A stretch of 64,000 bases of DNA from an uncultured Actinomycetes bacterium (GTDB lineage Bacteria > Actinomycetota > Acidimicrobiia > Spongiisociales > DATADW01). Each line of letters opens with the position of its first letter. The stretch's first letter is position 1. Made by a program: the position numbers and the translations under genes. The DNA is taken from assembly GCA_963758695.1 (NCBI GenBank), contig CAVWWM010000018.1, positions 10,234-74,233 on the forward strand. The letters run 5' to 3'. A model generated the notes under the pieces. That model worked only from the letters and a program-made list of their open reading frames with translations. It was not told where the DNA came from and did not search any database. Below are positions 56,549 through 64,000 of this stretch, piece after piece.

Positions 56549-58060
56549 GTGAGCGGCGAGACGACGTTGGAACCAGGGCCACCGACCGGAACCGAGAAGA
56601 AGCGACGGTTCACGCTTCCCTCGGCTTACACGATTCTGTTCGCTCTGATCGTCCTCGCCGCCATCGCCACCTGGATCGTCCCCGCCGGCGACTACGACGT
56701 CACCGAGGAGGGTGAGCCAATCCCCGGTACCTACCACGAGGTGGAGTCGAACCCGCAGCGGATCCTCGTCGACTCGATCACGGCTCCGATCAACGGCCTC
56801 TACGGGATCGAAGACGAGACCGGGAACATCAACTACTACAACACCGGGACGCTGTTCGGTGCCATCGATGTCGCCCTGTTCATCATCGTGATCGGAGGGT
56901 TCCTCGGAGTCACCATGAAGACCGGGGCGATCCAGGCGGGGATCGGCAGGCTGGTGGCGAAGCTGCAGGGTCGGGAGAGGTGGATGATCCCGCTCCTTAT
57001 GACGGTGTTCGCCGTAGGCGGTACCACCTTCGGCATGGCGGAGGAGAGCCTCGCCTTCTTCGCGCTGGTGATCGCGGTGATGATCGCCGCCGGCTACGAC
57101 GCCCTCACCGGTGCCGCAATCGTCCTGCTGGGGTGCGGCATCGGGGTTCTGGGTTCCACCATCAACCCGTTCGCCACCGGGATCGCGTCCGGATTCGCCG
57201 GGATTCCGATCAGCGACGGAATCATCGGGCGATTGGTAATCCTCATCGTCGGCCTCGCCATCGGGATCTTCTTCGTGATGCGGTACGCCGCCCGAGTCAA
57301 GAACGACCCGTCGCGTTCGATGGTCGCCGACATGAAGGAGGAGAACGAGCGGCGTTTCCGAGCAGCGGACGAGGGGGACGGCCCGACGGTGATGACCGGC
57401 ACCCAGAAAGTGGTCTTGGTTGTTTTCGGCCTGGCGTTCCTGGTGATGATCTACGGCGTCATCCCTTGGGAGGACCTCGGGATTGGCCTGCCAACTCTGT
57501 GGTGGTGGTTTCCCGAGATGACCGCATCGTTCCTGCTCTTCTCGGTCGTGATCGGGCTGATCGGGAGGATGCGGGAGGGCGACTTGACCTCGACCTTTGT
57601 CACCGGCGCGGGCGAACTGCTCGGAGTGGCATTGATCATCGGGATTGCCCGGGGAATCACCGTGATCATGAACAACGGCATGATCACCGACACCGTGCTG
57701 CATTGGGCCGAGGTCGCTTTGGAAGGTGTTGGTCAGGCCGCCTTCGCGGTGGTGATGTACGTGTTGTTCCTCCCGCTTTCCTTCCTGATCCCGTCTACCT
57801 CGGGGCTGGCAACGGTGGCGATGCCGATCATGGCACCCCTGGCCGGCTTCGTGGATGTGCCCGCAAGCCTGGTCGTGACCGCATACCAGAGCGCTTCAGG
57901 GGTGATGAACCTGTTCATACCGACGTCCGCTGTGGTAATGGGTGGACTCGCCATCGCGCGTGTCCCTTACGGCAGATATTTACGCTGGGTCTGGCCGTTG
58001 CTGGCGATGTTGGCGGCGCTCTCCATAGTCGTCCTGGGCGTGGGGGCGCTCCTCGCATGA
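56549..58060 (+). CDS. YfcC / DcuC-like (C4-dicarboxylate anaerobic carrier family) transporter; candidate arginine/ornithine exchanger of the arc operon
   Basis: GGGAGG RBS then GTG 56549. KKRRFTLPSAYTILFALIVLAAIATWIVPAG and a polytopic body typical of YfcC-type carriers. Function inferred from arc context. Confidence 0.8.
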   Translation: MSGETTLEPGPPTGTEKKRRFTLPSAYTILFALIVLAAIATWIVPAGDYDVTEEGEPIPGTYHEVESNPQRILVDSITAPINGLYGIEDETGNINYYNTGTLFGAIDVALFIIVIGGFLGVTMKTGAIQAGIGRLVAKLQGRERWMIPLLMTVFAVGGTTFGMAEESLAFFALVIAVMIAAGYDALTGAAIVLLGCGIGVLGSTINPFATGIASGFAGIPISDGIIGRLVILIVGLAIGIFFVMRYAARVKNDPSRSMVADMKEENERRFRAADEGDGPTVMTGTQKVVLVVFGLAFLVMIYGVIPWEDLGIGLPTLWWWFPEMTASFLLFSVVIGLIGRMREGDLTSTFVTGAGELLGVALIIGIARGITVIMNNGMITDTVLHWAEVALEGVGQAAFAVVMYVLFLPLSFLIPSTSGLATVAMPIMAPLAGFVDVPASLVVTAYQSASGVMNLFIPTSAVVMGGLAIARVPYGRYLRWVWPLLAMLAALSIVVLGVGALLA

Positions 58061-58166
58061 CTGATGCGATTGGGCATTAGCCGGCGAACGATGCTCAGTG
58101 GATGACCGCCGTCGCGGAGCGCAGGCGTCCTAACATCTCGGACGTGCCAAGGGCAGGTAGCCACAT

Positions 58167-59757
58167 ATGACCGAAGGAGCGGACGCCGTCGTTCCTGAGA
58201 AAGCGTCCGGCGATCGGCGGCTTGGCCTCCTGCTGGCAATGGCGATGTTCGTGCTCGTGGTCGACACGTCGCTGATGAACGTGTCCATCTCGGCGGTGGT
58301 GCAGGATCTCGGCACAACGGTCAGCGGCGTCCAGTCGGCGATCGCGCTCGAGGCACTGGTGTCGGCCGCCTTCATCCTGATCGGGAGCAAGGTCGGGGAT
58401 CTCTTCGGTCGCAAGCGGGCCTATGTATTGGGCCTGCTCGGGTACGCCGTCGGCGCCTTGGCAATGACGCTGGCTCAGGACCTCACCACGATCATCATCT
58501 TCTGGGCGATCGTGGGTGGACTGGGCGCCTCGCTCCTGCTGCCATCGATGCAGTCCCTCATCCACGGCAACTTCGAGGGCGCCGCTCAGAAGAGGGTCTA
58601 CGCCCTGGTGGGGGCGGCGGCTGCGATCGCCGCCGCCGTTGGACCGCTGATCGGGGCTTCATCACCACCTACCTTTCGTACCGTGTCGCCTTTGCGCTCG
58701 AGGTAGTGGTGATCGTGATCGTGCTGTCCGGCCTGGGACTCGTTCGTGACGTTCCCTACACCGGACCTCGCCGCGTCGACCCGGTAGGTTCGGTCCTCTC
58801 CGTCCTTGGCATGGGCGGCATCGTGCTCGGCATCCTGGTGTGGCAGGAAGGCGGTGAGTCGGTTGCTGCGCTACTGGCGGTGGGTGCCTTTGCGATGGGA
58901 GCGCTGGTCTATTGGCTGGTTCGTCGTAAACGTCAAGGCAAGCCGACGCTGCTTGACCCGGGTCTGTTCAAATCGAAGATGTTCAGGTTCGGGGTTTCCC
59001 AGCAGATGCTCCAGCAGATCGCGCTCGGGGGCGCCATGATCGCGCTGCCCATCTACCTGCAGATGGTGCTCGAGTACAACGCGATGGGGGCGGGGTTGTC
59101 GCTCGCTCCGCTCTCCCTCAGCATGTTCGGAGTTGCCATCCTCGCCGGGAAGAAGGCTGGATCGAGACGTCCGGCCAGCATCATTCGTCTTGGATTCGCC
59201 CTGCTCACGATAGGAATGGCGGTCCTGATCCCGATCGTGCCGAGGGCAGACTCTGGCTGGTACCTCGTCATCCCATTGGTGATCGCAGGATCGGGCCTCG
59301 GCCTGTTGGTCTCACAGCTCAACAACTACACCTTGTCCCCGATCTCTGAGGAGCGGGTCAGCGAGGCTGCCGGAGTGAACTCGGCGGCGGGATCGTTCGG
59401 GCTGTCGTTCGGGCTGGCATTCGCCGGCGCCATCATGCTGGCGACCCTTGCTCTCACCTTCACTGACCTGGCGGAGGCAAGCCGGTGCTCCCCCCAGACG
59501 AGAAGGAGCAGGTGGCGCAGGCGCTGGAAGACGATGCGGAATTGATGAGCAACACGGCGCTCGACGAGCTGCTGGTTGGCCAGCCCGAGGCGATCCAGGA
59601 CGAGATGATCCGTATCAACACGGAGGCACGACCCTTCGCCCTCCAGGTCGCCCTTCTCATCCCGATCCTTGCTGGGCTCGTCGGCCTCTTCAACTCGTTT
59701 CGCATGATGCGCTTGCCAGACCCGACGGGCTCGGTCGAGGGCATGGCTTTGGGTTGA
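58167..59757 (+). pseudogene. MFS transporter, DHA2 (EmrB/QacA-like, 14-TM type), two frame breaks (58653-58656 and near 59479-59487)
   Basis: ORF 58167..58706 (LLLAMAMFVLVVDTSLMNVSI...GSKVGDLFGRKRAYV) up to ...GPLIG. Reading GFITTYLSYRVAFALEVVVIVIVLS needs one more G in GGGG 58653-58656. Continues in ORF 58706..59545, then in ORF 59485..59757 (VLPPDEKEQVAQALEDDAELMSN...). Confidence 0.8.
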
Positions 59758-59773
59758 CCGTAGAATCCGGGCG

Positions 59774-60818
59774 ATGATCCGGGCCGTCACCTTGCGCGAC
59801 GTGGCGGAGCGGGCCGGGGTTCATGCCTCGACGGCGTCTCGTGCCCTCAACAGGTCCACTCGCGCCTTGGTCAGCGAGGACACTGCCGATCGGGTGGTCA
59901 GGGCCGCCCAGCGACCTCGGGTACCAGCCAAACTCGCTCGCCCGGGGCCTGAAGACCAACAAGACGTACACCGTCGGGATGCTGCTCCCCGACCTGACCA
60001 ATCCTCTGTTTCCCCCAATCGCCAGGGGAATCGAGGACACCCTCGGCCGGTCCGACTACACGCTGATCCTGGCCAACACCGACAACGACCCGGCCAGGGA
60101 GCATCAGATGCTGCAAACGATGCTCACCCGCCGGGTGGACGGCCTGATCCTGGCCACCGCTGAGCGGACCGATCCCGGGATCGAGGAGGTCATCGCCTCA
60201 AAGGTGCCCGTGGTCCTGGTCAACAGGACCATGGACGACGCCTCGGTCCCCTCGGTGGCCGGGGACGACCACGCCGGCATAGGGCTGGCCGTCCGCCATC
60301 TCGTCTCGCTGGGGCATCGCAGCATCGCCCACATCTCCGGCCCACACAGCGTGTCCACCGGTCTCGCCCGGTACCAGAGCTTCAACGTCTGGATGGAGAA
60401 CGCCGGGTTGGAGGTCGACCCCGAGCTGATCGTCGAGGCTGCGTGGTTTTCCGAGGAGTCCGGAGAGGCCGCATTCCGCAACCTGCTCGACCGGGGTCAC
60501 CGGTTCACCGCCGTTGTCGCCGCCAACGACCTCATCGCCATCGGCTGCTACAACGTGCTCAAGGAGCGCGGGTTGGCGGTGGGGAGGGATGTATCGGTGG
60601 TGGGCTACAACGACATGCCCTTCGCCGACAAGCTCGATCCGGCGTTGACCACCATCCGGATCCCCCACTATCTGATCGGGGTCAAGTCGGCGGAGGCAGT
60701 CCTCGAGGCGATCGAATCGGGTCCCAAGGAAGGTGCGGTGTCGGTGCGGCTGACGCCTTCGCTCGTGGTCCGAGACTCAACCGGACCGCCGGTGGTGGAG
60801 ACGGCTTCGGCGGGGTGA
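59774..60818 (+). pseudogene. LacI-family transcriptional regulator, frame break near 59908-59916
   Basis: HTH in ORF 59774..60163 (VTLRDVAERAGVHASTASRALN...VVRAAQ). Continues in ORF 59823..60818 (DLGYQPNSLARGLKTNKTYTVGMLLPDLTNPLF...VVGYNDMPFADKLDPALTTI). Confidence 0.82.
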
Positions 60819-60823
60819 GGCGC

Positions 60824-62280
60824 TCACCAGGAAGCGGCGATGTACTTGGTCTCGAGGAACTCGTGAAGTCCCTGGTGCCCGCCCTCCCGGCCGATCCCCG
60901 ATTGTTTGACCCCACCGAATGGGGCGGCAGGGTCTGAGATGAGACCCCGATTGACCCCAACCATCCCTGCCTCCACCGCTTCGGCGACGCGCAACCCGCG
61001 GCTCAGGTCCGAGGTGTAGACGTAGGAGGCGAGGCCGTGCTCGGTCTCGTTGGCCATGGCGATCGCCTCGGCCTCGTCACCGAACCGAACCAGCGGCGCC
61101 ACCGGTCCGAAGATCTCCTCGGAGAGGATGGAGTCGGAGGGATCCACGTCGGTGAGCACCGTGGGCGGGTAGAACCAACCGGGCCGGTCGAGCGGTGAGC
61201 CGCCCAGGGCGACCTCCGAGCCTGCGCCGGTGCTCCGCTCCACCATCTCCGCCATGTCATCCCGAGCCTGCTTGTTGATCACAGGTCCCAGTTCGACACC
61301 GGGATCGAGACCTGGCCCGACCTTGACCGCCGCCATCGCCGCGGTGAAGCGTGAGGCGAAGTCCTCGGCGACCGAGGCTTCGACATAGATCCGGTTGGCG
61401 GCGATGCACGACTGTCCGCCGTTCCGCATCTTCGCAACCATCAGACCAGCCACGGCTTCGTCGAGGTCGGCGTCGCCGAACACGATGAAGGGAGCATTGC
61501 CCCCAGTTCCATCGAGCAATTGACCACCCGCTTGGCCGCTTGCTCCAGAAGTCCCCGGCCCACCTCCGTGGATCCGGTGAAGGAGAGCTTGCGAACCCGG
61601 TCGTCGGCGAGGATGGCGGGGACGACCTCCGAGGAGCGCTTGGAGGGGAGCACGTTGACCACACCCGGCGGGACACCGGCCTCGTCGAGGAGGCGCGCCA
61701 TGGCAAGGGCGGTGAGCGGCGTGTCCGAAGCGGGCTTGAGGATGGTTGTGCAACCGGCCGCTATCGCTGGCCCGAGCTTGCGGGTGGCCATGGCGGCGGG
61801 GAAGTTCCACGGCGTCACCAGCAACGAAACCCCGACCGGTTGGTGGATCGAGATGATCCGCTTGTCACCGGCAGGGGCGGTCATCAGTGCCCCCTCGTTG
61901 CGGACCGCCTCCCCCGAGTACCACCTGAAGAACTCGGCGGCGTATGTCGCCTCGCCCCGCGCCTCGGTCAGGGCCTTGCCCATCTCGGCGACGATCAACT
62001 CGGCGAACCCGTCGGCCTCACCGGCCATCATCTCGAAGGCGCGTCGCAGGATCTCGGCCCTGTCGCGCGGCCGTGTCGCCGCCCATTCCTCGGCCGCTCC
62101 GGCCGCCGCGGTCACCGCGGCTTGCGCGTCGGCGGTGGAACCCGAGGACACAGACGCGATGGGCTCGCCGGTGGCGGGATCGAGGACGTCGAAGGCGGCC
62201 CCGTCCGATGCTTCGCGCCACTCCCCGCCGATCCAGAGACGGGTAGCCCCAGCCTCGATGAGTTCCTTCAGAAGCCGCAT
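60824..62280 (-). pseudogene. NAD(P)-dependent aldehyde dehydrogenase (succinate-semialdehyde dehydrogenase-like), frame break at C-run 61500-61504
   Basis: N-part in ORF 61441..62280 (VTPWNFP, FTGSTEVG, ...CSMELG). C-part in ORF 60824..61810 (GNAPFIVF, GQSCIAANR, EEIFGPV). Reading SMELGGNAP requires six rather than five C (plus strand). Confidence 0.85.
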
Positions 62281-62293
62281 CGTCGACCGTCCT

Positions 62294-63236
62294 TCATCCC
62301 AGCCCGTCGCCTACGTCGGCTTCCTCGGCCTCGAGCTCTCGGCCCGCCGCCCGGGCCTCCTTGTCCAAAAGCGCAGCGAAGTCCCGATCACCGTACCCGA
62401 GGCCGATCGCCTCCATGACCATGGAATGGACAAGCGCCGAGAGGGGGAGAGGGACGTCGAGTTGGCGTGCGGTGTCGAGCCCGAGTTCGAAGTCCTTCCG
62501 CAGCAGTTCCATGGTGAAGGTGGGCGAGTAGTCCAGCTTGACGAATGCCGGGGTCTTGTAGCGGGTGAAGGTGGATCCCATGACGCTGTCGTTGAGGAAT
62601 TCGAGGAACGACGCCCGGCTCACCCCCGCCGCCTCGGCGAGCACCGTGATCTCAGCCATGCTCTGGGTGACGACACCCAGCATCAGGTTGTGGCAGATCT
62701 TGACAAGACCGCGCTTCGTCACCGGGACCTACATAGGTGAGCCGCCGTCCGAAGTGCTCCAGGTAGGGCCGAGCCATTTCGTAGGCGTCTTGCGGCCCCG
62801 ACACCACCACGGTCAGCCTCCCTGACGCCACGACCTTGGGATTGCCCGACACGGGTGCCGCCAGCACCGCCGTGCCACGCGCCGAGGCCTCCTCACGCAG
62901 CTTGGCCGAGGTCGCCGGGTCGATGGTGGTCGAGTCCACCAGCACCGCTGGCTTGGAGTCGTGGCGCGAGAGGACCCCGTTGGGCCCGACCGTGACCTCG
63001 AGGACATCGTCGGGGCCGGCCACCATGGTGAATACCACGTCGGCATCGGCCAGTTCGGCCGGCGAGTCGACCAGCTTGGCGCCCTTTTCCGCCAATGGCT
63101 CGGCCTTGGACCGGGTTCGGTTCCAAACACGCAGATCAGCACCCGCATCGAGAAGACGGCCGGCGAGGGCGTACCCCATGCGGCCGGTACCTATCCACCC
63201 GATGGCTCGGCTGAGAACCGGGCTCGACATCGACAC
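62294..63236 (-). pseudogene. 3-hydroxyisobutyrate / beta-hydroxyacid dehydrogenase family oxidoreductase, frame break near 62704-62716
   Basis: N-part in ORF 62652..63236 (IGWIGTGRMGYALAGRL...YVGPGDEAR). C-part in ORF 62294..62722 (LVKICHNLMLGVVTQSMAE...). Lies 13 nt upstream of the aldehyde dehydrogenase gene. Confidence 0.82.
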
Positions 63237-63293
63237 CCTCCCTTCGTCGCCCCCCTACGTGATGGAGACGACCGACTGGTCAATCGCTGAGCG

Positions 63294-63303
63294 CAATCGT
63301 TTG
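63294..63303. promoter_or_regulatory. LacI-type operator-like site CAATCGTTTG in a divergent promoter region
   Basis: Reverse complement of the CAAACGATTG sites at 14742 and 32565. Lies between the HIBADH-like start (63236) and the ceramidase-like gene. Confidence 0.35.
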
Positions 63304-63368
63304 TAGCCGCCACCATAACCCGAGGGCCGGTGACGGGTGGCGGGGTGGCCGGTACCGTGTCGACGATC

Positions 63369-64000
63369 GTGATCGCATCCCGTTTTGGCGTCACTCAGCG
63401 CGGCGATAGCCCGTCAGGTGACGCCAAAACGGTTGTGCCCGACTTCGACTGCGAGCAGTTCGGCACGGGGTTCCTCGGACAGCCGGTCAACACCTTCTCC
63501 AGCCTGGCCTTTGTGATCGCAGGCGTGGCCATCATGGCCCAGAAGCCGAGGCACGCCGTCTACGGGGGTCTGGTCGCCCTCAACGGCATCGGATCGGTGG
63601 CGCTCCACGGTCCATACCCTCCCTGGGCCGACCTGGCTCACGACCTTCCCCTCGTGGCGCTGACCGCTTACGTCGCAGTCGACGCCCTAGCCGACCTGCG
63701 AGGCGAGACTCTCTCCGCGTTGTGGTGGGTCGCTCCGGTGGTGGCTGCGGTCCCGGTGGTGGCGGCGGCCCCCGCTTCGGGCGATCTGGTACAGGCCGGA
63801 CTCGCCGGGATAGCCGTAGTGCTCTCGCTGTGGCACGCCCGGGTCCGGCCGGCGCTGCGCCGCTCGATCGTCACCTCGATGGCCGTCCTTGGAGTCGGGG
63901 CATTGATAGGGACGCTGACCCGAAGCGGCGCCCCGTTCTGCCGCCCCGACAGCTTGCTCCAGGACACGCGGCATGGCATGTGCTCGCCGCCGCCGCCCTC
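63369..64000 (+). pseudogene. Ceramidase-like integral membrane protein. The 3' end lies beyond the window edge, with a probable frame break near 63961-63963.
   Basis: Not in the ORF track (runs off the edge). My translation reads ...TVVPDFDCEQFGTGFLGQPVNTFSSLAFVIAGVAIM...SLWHARVRPAL...FCRPDSLLQ. The family-typical GHAAWHVLAAAAL then appears one frame over. Start uncertain (GTG 63330, 63345, 63357 or 63369). Family call from memory of the CE...NT.SN and H..WH motifs. Confidence 0.45.

Overview
This is a 64-kb high-GC window (hand counts about 70% at 11221-11280) that looks like Actinomycetota chromosome. It is densely coding, with about 57 protein genes. I saw no rRNA, tRNA, CRISPR array, transposase, integrase, phage gene or recognisable defence system. 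Layout: (1) 1-9.4 kb holds catabolic genes: a DapA-like aldolase, an HIBADH-like dehydrogenase, a PEP-utilising phosphotransferase, an M24 creatinase/prolidase-like protein, an HMGL-like aldolase, a Gfo/Idh/MocA oxidoreductase and a lone xanthine-dehydrogenase-family Mo subunit. (2) 9.4-43.7 kb is a large catabolic and transport island built from paralogous enzyme sets: 2-hydroxyacid dehydrogenases, a cyclic amidohydrolase, Zn-ADHs, Amidohydro_2 proteins, creatininase-family proteins, a cupin, Gfo oxidoreductases, a CrtI-like flavoprotein, FrsA-like alpha/beta hydrolases, M24 homologues and a DapA-like aldolase. It also carries GntR, ArsR and LacI regulators, three MFS pumps and a peptide-type ABC transporter whose ATPase genes are separated from the binding-protein and permease genes. 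(3) 43.9-48.5 kb holds a PG-binding lipoprotein, an M20 dipeptidase, an APC permease in a low-GC patch, and an AhpD/CMD-like protein. (4) 48.8-58.1 kb is a co-directional block: a PLDc_N-SHOCT protein, an acidic DUF-like protein, a SHOCT protein, a P-type ATPase with non-canonical ion-site residues, then arcB-arcC-arcA, a small ORF and a YfcC-type transporter. (5) 58.2-64.0 kb holds a DHA2 MFS, a LacI regulator, an aldehyde dehydrogenase, an HIBADH-like dehydrogenase and a ceramidase-like membrane protein. The main signals beyond gene content are these. (a) There are at least 15 reading-frame breaks in 12 genes, all in 0-15 kb or 54-64 kb and several at G/C homopolymers; they are either indel artefacts or real decay. 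(b) A GC-rich composite palindromic repeat family occurs at four intergenic loci, one copy bracketed by perfect 25-bp direct repeats made of AGACGGC heptamers. (c) An AT-rich AGTACTT heptamer array lies upstream of one M24 gene. (d) A LacI-type palindrome, CAANCGNTTG, occurs in eight promoter-proximal intergenic regions and ties dispersed operons into a candidate regulon. All family calls rest on motif recognition by eye. No database search, HMM or folding computation was possible, and start codons are often uncertain.
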